This document shows, in pieces, positions 51,696 to 59,724 of a stretch of 64,000 bases of DNA (position 1 is its first letter; each line of letters begins with the position of its first letter). Origin of the DNA: Bacteroidales bacterium UBA5219 (GTDB lineage: Bacteria; Bacteroidota; Bacteroidia; Bacteroidales; ML635J-15); NCBI GenBank assembly GCA_002412425.1, contig DHVB01000021.1:61195-125194 (forward strand), read 5' to 3'. The position numbers and the translations under genes were made by a program. The notes beneath the pieces are model-generated. The model was not told where the DNA came from. It saw nothing but the letters and a program-made list of their open reading frames with translations, and did not search any database.

Positions 51696-51703
51696 TAGTT
51701 TTG
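51696..51703 (+). promoter_or_regulatory. candidate Bacteroidota -7 promoter box (TAGTTTTG)
   Basis: Perfect TAnnTTTG match 13 nt upstream of the ATG at 51717. No well-spaced -33 element. Confidence 0.3.
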
Positions 51704-51716
51704 CAAAAAATTTGTC

Positions 51717-52478
51717 ATGGATTTTAGCATTACTGTAATACTTTTGCTTTGTTTAGCATATTTTGTAGCTGGATTTATCGACAGTATTGCTGGAGGTGGC
51801 GGTTTAATTACTTTGCCTTCGCTTTTATTTGCTGGTGTACCACCACAATTTGCTCTTGGAACAAATAAAATGGCTAGCACTCTTGGAACAGGAGTAGCTG
51901 TAGTAAATTTTTGGAGAAATAAAAAAATCAATTTTAAACTTATTCTCTCAGGAATTGGTTTTGCAATGCTAGGTGCGTTTTTAGGCTCAAAAATTATTTT
52001 ATCTTTAGACCAAAGTGTTGTTGGAAAAATTATTATTTTTCTTTTGCCAGTTGCTGTTGTGGCAGTACTTTTACCGCGAACAAAAAAATCAGATGCAAAA
52101 GCATTAACAAAAATCGACTATTTTGTAATTGTCCCTATAATTTGCTTAGTAATAGGATTTTATGACGGTTTTTTTGGACCAGGAACTGGCTCTTTTTTGA
52201 CTTTAAGTTTGTTTTTCTTTACAAAACTTAAATTAATAGAAGCTACTGCCAATGCAAAAGTTTTTAATGTTATGTCAAATGTTGGAAGTCTAGTGGCTTT
52301 TATTTTAGGCGGAAAAGTTTTGTTTTTACTTGCAATTCCTTTCGCATTATCTAATATGTTAGGCAATTTTTTAGGAAGTAGATTAGCAATAAAATCAGGA
52401 GATAGAATAATAAAATATTTTTTAATTTTGTCGCTTAGCATATTGCTTATAAGTTTAGTTTGGAAATATTATTTTTAA
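51717..52478 (+). CDS. TSUP (TauE/SafE) family anion exporter membrane protein
   Basis: About 8 TM helices. N-terminal DSIAGGGGLITLPSLL and a second-half FFGPGTGSF motif typical of the family. Confidence 0.8.
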   Translation: MDFSITVILLLCLAYFVAGFIDSIAGGGGLITLPSLLFAGVPPQFALGTNKMASTLGTGVAVVNFWRNKKINFKLILSGIGFAMLGAFLGSKIILSLDQSVVGKIIIFLLPVAVVAVLLPRTKKSDAKALTKIDYFVIVPIICLVIGFYDGFFGPGTGSFLTLSLFFFTKLKLIEATANAKVFNVMSNVGSLVAFILGGKVLFLLAIPFALSNMLGNFLGSRLAIKSGDRIIKYFLILSLSILLISLVWKYYF

Positions 52479-53473
52479 TGTTAGGATTGAGATTAGTAAA
52501 ATATTTAAACTCAAGAAAAATTTTAAATTTCATAAAATTATATTTCGTTTTTTTAAAATTGAAATTTTGTGTGAAAAAACACAAAAACATAAAACTTCCT
52601 CAGCCTTCATTTTTATCTTTTGAACCCACAAATTATTGTAATTTAAAATGTAAACTTTGTGTATCGGGAAGCGGAAAACTTACTCGTCCAAAAGGTTTTA
52701 TGGATTTTGAAATGTATAAAAATGTAATTGATAAAAATAAAAAGTATTTAATAAATATTTTATTGCATCTTCAAGGTGAGCCTTTGCTACACAATCAAAT
52801 TGTGGAAATGATAGCATATGCAAAAGCAAATAATATTTTTACAGAACTTTCTACAAATGCAAATATTTTACCATCGGTTTTTGAAAACTTAAAAGAAAAT
52901 ATGCCCGACAAGCTAATTGTGTCGTTAGATGGTTTGACTCAAGAAACATATTCTAAATATAGAGTGAATGGAGAATTGCAAAAAGTTTTAGAAGCCTTGG
53001 AGTTATTGTCCAAACTTAGTAAAGACAAACGTCCTTATGTGGAATTGCAGTTTTTAGTTTTTTCGCATAACGAAAATCAAATTCCAGAATTAAAATCATT
53101 AAAATCAAAGTATAAAATTGATAAAATAAGCCTAAAAACCGCTCAAATTTATGATGAATCTGAAATTAATATTTTGCCAAAAAATAAAAAATATTCTCGA
53201 TATAAAATTGTAAACGGCAAGATTGTTATAAAATCAAAACTTAAAAATGCGTGTAAAAGAATAGTTTTTGGCTCTGTAATTACTTGGGATGGGAAATTGT
53301 TGCCTTGTTGTTTCGATAAAGATGCTGATTTTATTTGTGGAGATATTAATACTTCTTCGGTAAATGCGGTTCGCAACTCAAATAATTATCTTATGTTTGT
53401 TAAAAATGTATTTTTGCATAGACAAAACATAGAAATGTGTAAAAATTGTACTGAAGGTTTGAAAAATGAATGA
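52478..53473 (+). CDS. radical SAM enzyme with C-terminal SPASM-like Cys cluster
   Basis: CNLKCKLC (CxxxCxxC) preceded by EPTNY. C-terminal CCFDKD...C...CKNC cysteine pattern. Start placed at the ATG forming TAATG with the TSUP stop. Confidence 0.8.
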   Translation: MLGLRLVKYLNSRKILNFIKLYFVFLKLKFCVKKHKNIKLPQPSFLSFEPTNYCNLKCKLCVSGSGKLTRPKGFMDFEMYKNVIDKNKKYLINILLHLQGEPLLHNQIVEMIAYAKANNIFTELSTNANILPSVFENLKENMPDKLIVSLDGLTQETYSKYRVNGELQKVLEALELLSKLSKDKRPYVELQFLVFSHNENQIPELKSLKSKYKIDKISLKTAQIYDESEINILPKNKKYSRYKIVNGKIVIKSKLKNACKRIVFGSVITWDGKLLPCCFDKDADFICGDINTSSVNAVRNSNNYLMFVKNVFLHRQNIEMCKNCTEGLKNE

Positions 53474-53954
53474 TGTTTATCTTGGAATAGGAGGAAATTT
53501 AGGAAATAGGCTTGAGAACATCAAAAAAACTTTGGCTTTAATTTCCGAAAAAATTGGAAAAATTGAAAAAACATCTTCGGTTTATCTCTCTGAGCCTTGG
53601 GGTTTTGAACACAAAAAATATTTTACAAATCTTGTAGTCAAATTAAAAACAGATAAATCACCAAACAAAATATTGGAGCTAATTTCAGAAATAGAATTGG
53701 AATTAAAAAGGCTTAGAACTTCTTCCCAATATGATGCAAGGACAGTGGATATTGATATTTTGTTTTACAATAATGAAATTATAAAAACAGAAAATTTAGA
53801 AATTCCGCATCCACGCATACAAGACAGGCTTTTTGTTTTGTTACCTTTGGTTGAAATAGAAAAAGATTTATATCATCAAAGTTTTAAAAAAAGCATATTG
53901 GAACTTTTGAATGAGTGTAAAGATAAGAGTAGAATTAGAAAATTAAATTGTTGA
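53466..53954 (+). CDS. folK: 2-amino-4-hydroxy-6-hydroxymethyldihydropteridine diphosphokinase
   Basis: YLGIGGNLG, SEPWGF, RTVDIDIL, IPHPR motifs. The ATGAATGA overlap with the upstream gene is 8 nt. Confidence 0.88.
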   Translation: MNDVYLGIGGNLGNRLENIKKTLALISEKIGKIEKTSSVYLSEPWGFEHKKYFTNLVVKLKTDKSPNKILELISEIELELKRLRTSSQYDARTVDIDILFYNNEIIKTENLEIPHPRIQDRLFVLLPLVEIEKDLYHQSFKKSILELLNECKDKSRIRKLNC

Positions 53955-53960
53955 AACACT

Positions 53961-54404
53961 ATGAATAGCGAACACGAAAAATACATGAGGATTGCTTTGC
54001 AAGAAGCACAAAAAGCCTTAGATAAAGACGAAGTGCCTATTGGAGCTATAGTTGTTTGTGCAGGAAAAATTATAGGAAGAGGACATAATCAAACAGAAAT
54101 GTTGAATGATGTTACAGCTCATGCAGAAATGCTTGCTATTACAGCAGCAGAAAATTATTTGGGAGCAAAATATTTAAAAGACTGTACTTTGTATGTTAGT
54201 CTCGAACCTTGTGTAATGTGTGCAGGAGCTTTAGCGTGGTCGCAAATTTCTAATGTTGTTTATGGAGCATCCGACTCAAAACGAGGCTTTTTAAAACATG
54301 GAAAAGAAATTCTTCATCCAAAAACAAATATTATTGGTGGAATATTAGCAGAAGAGTGCGGAGATATTATAACTGGTTTTTTTGTGAAGAAAAGGAAGAA
54401 TTAA
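53961..54404 (+). CDS. tadA: tRNA adenosine(34) deaminase
   Basis: HAEMLAI and PCVMCAGA zinc-binding motifs. 147 aa. Confidence 0.92.
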   Translation: MNSEHEKYMRIALQEAQKALDKDEVPIGAIVVCAGKIIGRGHNQTEMLNDVTAHAEMLAITAAENYLGAKYLKDCTLYVSLEPCVMCAGALAWSQISNVVYGASDSKRGFLKHGKEILHPKTNIIGGILAEECGDIITGFFVKKRKN

Positions 54405-54431
54405 AATTGCGAATTTTTTAACTGAAGTATT

Positions 54432-54554
54432 GTTATTGCAAGCAGAGTGAGCTTGCGAACTCTGCGAAGCAATAGACGCGTCAGCCACTTTACCTTCGGT
54501 GAGCTCGTAAACTCGGTTCAACTTTCAACACTTCAACTACGTTCAGTGCATCGC
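54432..54554. other. GC-rich structured intergenic island (candidate small RNA or miniature insertion) flanked by direct repeats
   Basis: About 48% GC by my count against about 30% in the flanks. Interrupted 13-bp hairpin at 54434-54474, palindrome gacgcgtc at 54475-54482, and TTCAAC x3 plus TTCAG at 54517-54546. Flanking direct repeat ttttaactga(..)tatt at 54416-54431 and 54555-54568. No ORF on either strand. Confidence 0.4.
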
Positions 54555-54567
54555 TTTTAACTGATAT

Positions 54568-55593
54568 TCACCATCCTAACGCTTTAAGTTCTATTTCTTC
54601 GCCGTTTACAGGAATTAATAATTTTTTATTAGAATCTTCGTGCATATATCCAATTATGCTTACGTCTTGTACTCTTTCAATTTTTTCTTTTTCAGATAGT
54701 GGAACAGTGAAAAGCAATTCATAATCTTCGCCACCGTTTAGAGCAGGAATTAATGGTAATAATCTAAACATTTCGGCAGCTTGAGCAGTTTGTTGATTTA
54801 TAGGAATTTTATCTTCATAAATTACTGCTCCTAAATTAGACTGTTTGCACAAATGCAAAACTTCTGATGATAAACCGTCAGAAATGTCAATCATTGAGTT
54901 TGGTTTGATTCCAGCTTCTTTAAGTCTATTTATTATATCTCGTCTAGGTTCTGGTTTAAGTTGTCTTTCTATAATATAGTCGTAGCCTTGCAAATCGGGT
55001 TGTATTTGAGGGTCTTGCATAAAAACTTCTTTTTCTCTTTCTAAAATTTGTAAACCCATATAAGCAGCACCTAAGTCGCCACTTACACAAATTAAATCGT
55101 TTTTCTTAGCGGTTGAACGATAAACAATTTCGTCTTTTTTTGCTTCGCCAATAACGGTTATGTTTATAAATAATCCTGACAAAGAGCTTGTTGTGTCGCC
55201 ACCAATTAACTCAACATCAAATCTTTCGCAAGCTAAATTAATTCCTTCGTAGAGTAAATCAAGAGCTTGAACCGAAAACTTTTTGCTAATTGCAATAGAA
55301 ACAGTAATATATTTTGGCTTTGCATTCATTGCGTATATGTCGCTCAAATTTACTGCCACAGCTTTATAACCCAAGTGTTTGAGTGGAGAATAAATTAAAT
55401 CAAAATGGATACCTTCGACCAATAAATCAGTTGCAACTAAAAAACAATTGTCTTTGCTTGCTTCAAAAACAGCAGCATCATCACCAATTCCTTTTACTAA
55501 TTTTTTGTCGGTAATAGTAAAATTTTTGCTTAGCCTATCAATTAAGGCAAATTCGCCTAAATTTGAAATCTCGTTTAACTGGTTTTTTTTCAT
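54568..55593 (-). CDS. thiL: thiamine-monophosphate kinase
   Basis: GIGDDAAV, AIR-synthase-like fold, GGDTT, DISDGL motifs. Confidence 0.88.
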   Translation of the reverse strand: MKKNQLNEISNLGEFALIDRLSKNFTITDKKLVKGIGDDAAVFEASKDNCFLVATDLLVEGIHFDLIYSPLKHLGYKAVAVNLSDIYAMNAKPKYITVSIAISKKFSVQALDLLYEGINLACERFDVELIGGDTTSSLSGLFINITVIGEAKKDEIVYRSTAKKNDLICVSGDLGAAYMGLQILEREKEVFMQDPQIQPDLQGYDYIIERQLKPEPRRDIINRLKEAGIKPNSMIDISDGLSSEVLHLCKQSNLGAVIYEDKIPINQQTAQAAEMFRLLPLIPALNGGEDYELLFTVPLSEKEKIERVQDVSIIGYMHEDSNKKLLIPVNGEEIELKALGW

Positions 55594-55661
55594 AAATTAA
55601 TTTTTGGCAAGATAATTGAAATTTATTTGTGCAAAAATATGAAAAGTGTATTAATTTTCGT

Positions 55662-55669
55662 TATTTTTG
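55662..55669 (+). promoter_or_regulatory. candidate Bacteroidota -7 promoter box (TATTTTTG)
   Basis: Perfect TAnnTTTG match. It sits on top of the ORF-track TTG start (55667), which argues that the true start is the ATG at 55685 or 55691. Confidence 0.3.
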
Positions 55670-55684
55670 TTGAAAGTAAATATT

Positions 55685-56797
55685 ATGATTATGAAAAAAT
55701 ATAAAATCACTAAGATTTTACCCATATTAATCATTCTGTTTTGCTTTAAATTTCAAGTAAAAGCACAAAATATTTCGTTTTTTACTGATTATTTGAATAA
55801 TGTTTTGGTTTTTGATAATGGAAATTTAAAGCAACTCGAACATTTGCCAGTAAAATCTTATGTGCTTGGGAATAATGCTTTCGCATACCAAGATAATGCA
55901 GGAAATTTTAAAGTTTATCACAATCATTTTTTGCATACCTTGAGTAGTTTTGTTAGCTCTTATACTGTAAGTGATAATTTAATTGCTTGGAAAATGAATA
56001 CCCAACTAAAAGTTTTTGATAATTCATCATCTTTGACTTTGAGCATTGCAGCTACAGATTGCTTTGTGGGAGACGATATCGTTGTTTGGTTTGATGATAC
56101 TCAAAAAAAATTAAAAGCATATTATGAAAAAGAAATTTACGAATTAGACGATGCTTTGGGAACAGGTACAATGAATGGAGTTTTTATGGGCGAAAATATT
56201 GTGGCATTTGTCGATTCTCATGGTTATTTGGGAGTGTTCTATGAAGGAGAAATAGAAAATTTAGGATATTACGATAGAATAAAATCTTTGAAAGTTGGAA
56301 GAGACATTATAGCTTTTGTAGAAGAACCTTTAAATAATTTTCAAGTTTATTATTTTGGCGATGTTTCTGATTTAGAAAGCTTTGAGCCAAAATCTTATAA
56401 AGTAGGAGATGCTTTTGTTGCTTATGTTGATGCTAATGATTATTTGAAAGTTTTTTACAATTATAAACATGAAACAATTTCCTTTGATAAGCCTAATTTT
56501 TATGAAGTAGCTGATGAGGTAATGGTTTTCGGACTTCAAAATTATTTTAAAGTTTGGTATAAAGGAAAAGTTTTCACACTTGATAGTCATATTCCACAAG
56601 ATTATAAGATGAACAATAATATAGTTGTGTGGATTGACCCTCTGGGAAATTTAAAACTCTTTGATGGAGAAAAAGTTGAAACTATTTCTTACGAAACAAT
56701 TGATGAATTTGAAATTCATGGCTCTTGCGTAAAATATAAATTTGGAGTTAATTCCGAAAATATTTACTCAAATGGCAAGACCTATAAAAATGATTAA
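55685..56797 (+). CDS. secreted repeat protein (about nine ~35-aa repeats), unknown function
   Basis: Signal peptide. Recurring hydrophobic-K-V-(F/Y/W)-(Y/D) motif: FKVYHN, LKVFDN, LKAYYE, LGVFYE, FQVYYF, LKVFYN, FKVWYK, LKLFDG. Confidence 0.55.
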   Translation: MIMKKYKITKILPILIILFCFKFQVKAQNISFFTDYLNNVLVFDNGNLKQLEHLPVKSYVLGNNAFAYQDNAGNFKVYHNHFLHTLSSFVSSYTVSDNLIAWKMNTQLKVFDNSSSLTLSIAATDCFVGDDIVVWFDDTQKKLKAYYEKEIYELDDALGTGTMNGVFMGENIVAFVDSHGYLGVFYEGEIENLGYYDRIKSLKVGRDIIAFVEEPLNNFQVYYFGDVSDLESFEPKSYKVGDAFVAYVDANDYLKVFYNYKHETISFDKPNFYEVADEVMVFGLQNYFKVWYKGKVFTLDSHIPQDYKMNNNIVVWIDPLGNLKLFDGEKVETISYETIDEFEIHGSCVKYKFGVNSENIYSNGKTYKND

Positions 56798-56799
56798 TC

Positions 56800-57720
56800 T
56801 TGAAAATTCCTGCCGAAAAAATTAAAAATCTTGCAAAAGAAATAGGCTTTAGCGATTGTGGAATAACTAATATATTAGTTGAACAAGAAGTTAAGAAATT
56901 TTATAAAAACTGGATTGAAAATAATTTTAATGCAGAAATGAAATTTCTAGAAAATGAATTTGAAAAAAGATTTGAACCAAAATTAGTTTTCCCAAAAGCA
57001 AAATCAGTTATTGTTTTCATTATTAATTATTATTATAAAGATTATTCTTCAGAAGAATATAAAATTTCAAAATACGCACAAGGTTCTGATTATCATTCTG
57101 TTGTAAAAGATAGGTTGAGGCAGTTTTCAGAAATTTTAAAACAGGAATATTTAGATTTTGAGTCTTATGAGTTTTGTGATACAGCTCCAGTTTTTGAAAA
57201 ATATTTTGCAAGTCAAGCAGGTTTGGGTTTTATTGGGAAAAATCGCTGTTTAATAAGTCCTAAATTTGGTTCTTGGGTTTTTATTGGAGGAATATTTTGT
57301 AATGCAGAAATAGAAACCGACAGCAAACTTGATATTTATTGCGGAGATTGTGATATTTGTATAAAGTCTTGTCCAACAGGAGCTTTAAGCTCAAAGGGTT
57401 TAGATGCTGACAAATGTATTTCTTATCATACAATAGAAAATAAAAATGAAGTTCCCGAAAACATAAGAAAAAAGATTACAAATCAATTGTTTGGTTGCGA
57501 TATATGTCAAGATTCTTGTCCGTATAATAAAAATCCTATACAAACATCTTGTGTGGAATTTTTACCACAAGAAAAAGTTTATAATCTTGATTTTGAGGAA
57601 CTTGCAAATATTTCTAACAAGGAATTTTCAAGGCTGTTTAAAAATACTTCACTTTTAAGAGCTGGAAGAAAAAAGATAATTATTAATTTTGAAAACATAA
57701 ATTATAATAGAAACAAATAG
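56800..57720 (+). CDS. queG: epoxyqueuosine reductase
   Basis: N-terminal ...AKEIGFSDCGI, two ferredoxin-type clusters CGDCDICIKSCP and CDICQDSCPYN, CISYHTIE motif. TTG start. Confidence 0.88.
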   Translation: MKIPAEKIKNLAKEIGFSDCGITNILVEQEVKKFYKNWIENNFNAEMKFLENEFEKRFEPKLVFPKAKSVIVFIINYYYKDYSSEEYKISKYAQGSDYHSVVKDRLRQFSEILKQEYLDFESYEFCDTAPVFEKYFASQAGLGFIGKNRCLISPKFGSWVFIGGIFCNAEIETDSKLDIYCGDCDICIKSCPTGALSSKGLDADKCISYHTIENKNEVPENIRKKITNQLFGCDICQDSCPYNKNPIQTSCVEFLPQEKVYNLDFEELANISNKEFSRLFKNTSLLRAGRKKIIINFENINYNRNK

Positions 57721-57762
57721 TTTTATTAGTTTTGCAGAATAATTTTTAAAAATTGTAAAAAT

Positions 57763-58371
57763 ATGTTTTCAGGAATAGTTGAAGAAACAGGAAAAGTAGT
57801 TAAGATAGAAAAAGACCAAGGTAATTTTCATTTTTTCTTAACATGTTCGTTTGCAGACAAACTAAAAGTTGACCAAAGTCTTGCACACAATGGCGTTTGT
57901 CTTACAGTTGTTAATGTTGACAAAGCAAATAAAATTTATCAAGTTACTGCCATTCAAGAAACTCTTGATAAATCAAATTTAGGACTTTTAAAAGTAGGCG
58001 ACGAAGTAAATCTAGAACGTAGCATGAGTATGGACAAGTTGTTAGACGGACATTTAGTTCAAGGACATGTTGACCAAACCGCTGAGTGTGTGAAAGTTGA
58101 AGAATCTGATGGTTCTTGGTATTTTACTTTTAAATACGACAAGTCGAGAGGTAATATTACAGTAGAAAAAGGCTCTATCTCTGTTGATGGTGTTAGCTTA
58201 ACAGTCGTAAATTCAAGAGATGATAGATTTTCGGTAGCAATAATTCCTTTTACTTACGAAGTAACAAATTTTCATAACTACAAAGTAGGTACAATTGTAA
58301 ATTTAGAATTTGATATTATTGGAAAATATATTCAAAAAATAATGGCTGGCTACCTCGAAAATAAAGCCTAG
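57763..58371 (+). CDS. ribE: riboflavin synthase
   Basis: MFSGIVEETG N-terminus. Duplicated lumazine-binding repeats (GVCLTV and GVSLTV). Confidence 0.92.
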   Translation: MFSGIVEETGKVVKIEKDQGNFHFFLTCSFADKLKVDQSLAHNGVCLTVVNVDKANKIYQVTAIQETLDKSNLGLLKVGDEVNLERSMSMDKLLDGHLVQGHVDQTAECVKVEESDGSWYFTFKYDKSRGNITVEKGSISVDGVSLTVVNSRDDRFSVAIIPFTYEVTNFHNYKVGTIVNLEFDIIGKYIQKIMAGYLENKA

Positions 58372-58393
58372 TTTTTTATTCAACATACAAAGA

Positions 58394-59713
58394 TTGAATA
58401 TAATAAAACATATTACTAATGTTCGTGCATTACAAGCCTTTCAACTAATTAGGTTTGTAGTATTATTTTTGATTAATATAATTTTTTCAAAAAGTAATTT
58501 AAAACTCGGAGAAATTGGTACATACGAAACATTTTTGCTAATAGCTGGAGGTGTAAGTTTTTTCTGGATTGGTGGAATGATACAATCTTTGTTAGGAGTT
58601 TATAACAATAGCGAAACTTTTGGCAAATCCGAGAAAAATTCAATATTTTTTAATATTACATTGGTTTTTCTTTTCTTAAGCATACTTTCTGCAATATTAG
58701 TATTTTTTAGTCAAGATTTTATTTCCAAATTATTTAGTTTAAATGGACATAACATTCCATATATGAAAATTCTTTTCATGTATATTGTTTTGTCTGGTCC
58801 TGTCAATTTAGTTGAATATTTTTATCTATTAATTAATAAACCTATACATATTATAGTCTATGGATTGTCAACTTTTGCTTTGCAATTGGTTTGTGTAACT
58901 CTCCCTATACTTTTGGGATACGACTTGGGCTATGGCTTGTATGGTTTGCTTTTTGTAAATATTTTGCGTTTTGGAATTTTGCTAATCATAGTATATAAAT
59001 ATTCAGAACTTAAATTTTCCAAAGATTTTTTAAAAGAGTTTTTAAAATTATCAGCACCTTTAATTTTGGGGATATTATTGAGTGGCTCTGCTCAGTACAT
59101 TGATGCTTTTTTGGTTTCTTATAAATTTGATGAAGCAAAACTTGCGGTGTTTAGATATGGTGCAAAAGAATTTCCAATTTTTGTTTTGCTAATATATGCT
59201 TATAGTAATGCAATGACACCAAAGTTTGCAAACAAAGACAATCTTCAAAGTGCTTTACTAGAGTTAAAACAAGAAGGTAAAAAATTGATGTCGTGGATTT
59301 ATCCATCTTCTATATTGTTGATTTTAACTAGCAAGTTTTTATATCCTATTGTTTTTAATCCTAACTTTGCCGAAAGTGCAGTAGTTTTCAATGTTTATTT
59401 GATGATTATTGTTATTAGGTTTTTGTTTACAAGACCTATTGTGATTGGATTTAAAGAAACAAAAGTGATTTTTTGGTCTTCTTTTTTCGAGATTATCCTT
59501 AATGTAACTCTAAGCTTGATTTTAATTAATGTATGGGGAATTGTAGGTGTTGCTGTTGCTACTTTGATTTCTTATATCTTTGAAAGTTTATATTTGATAA
59601 TTTATTTAAAACGAAAACATAATATTTTGCCAAATTCTTATTTGTCGGTAAAACAATATTTGTTTTGGACAAGCTTATTGATTATTGCATTTGTTTTTAG
59701 CTTTTATATATAA
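58394..59713 (+). CDS. MOP-superfamily polysaccharide/oligosaccharide flippase-like membrane protein
   Basis: 439 aa, about 12-14 TM helices, topology and size of Wzx/MurJ-like flippases. TTG start. No sharp motif. Confidence 0.6.
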   Translation: MNIIKHITNVRALQAFQLIRFVVLFLINIIFSKSNLKLGEIGTYETFLLIAGGVSFFWIGGMIQSLLGVYNNSETFGKSEKNSIFFNITLVFLFLSILSAILVFFSQDFISKLFSLNGHNIPYMKILFMYIVLSGPVNLVEYFYLLINKPIHIIVYGLSTFALQLVCVTLPILLGYDLGYGLYGLLFVNILRFGILLIIVYKYSELKFSKDFLKEFLKLSAPLILGILLSGSAQYIDAFLVSYKFDEAKLAVFRYGAKEFPIFVLLIYAYSNAMTPKFANKDNLQSALLELKQEGKKLMSWIYPSSILLILTSKFLYPIVFNPNFAESAVVFNVYLMIIVIRFLFTRPIVIGFKETKVIFWSSFFEIILNVTLSLILINVWGIVGVAVATLISYIFESLYLIIYLKRKHNILPNSYLSVKQYLFWTSLLIIAFVFSFYI

Positions 59714-59724
59714 TTTTCGAGGTT

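Noticed and set aside
54405-54567. Tested whether the GC-rich tadA-thiL spacer is the SRP (4.5S) RNA, because the minus strand reads ACCGAAGGTAAAGTGGC, loosely like the CCGGAAGGAAGCAGCC core.
   Set aside because: The GNRA tetraloop and the conserved AGCA asymmetric-loop motif are absent. The flanking helix 5 pairing is not evident either. I kept it only as an unclassified structured island.
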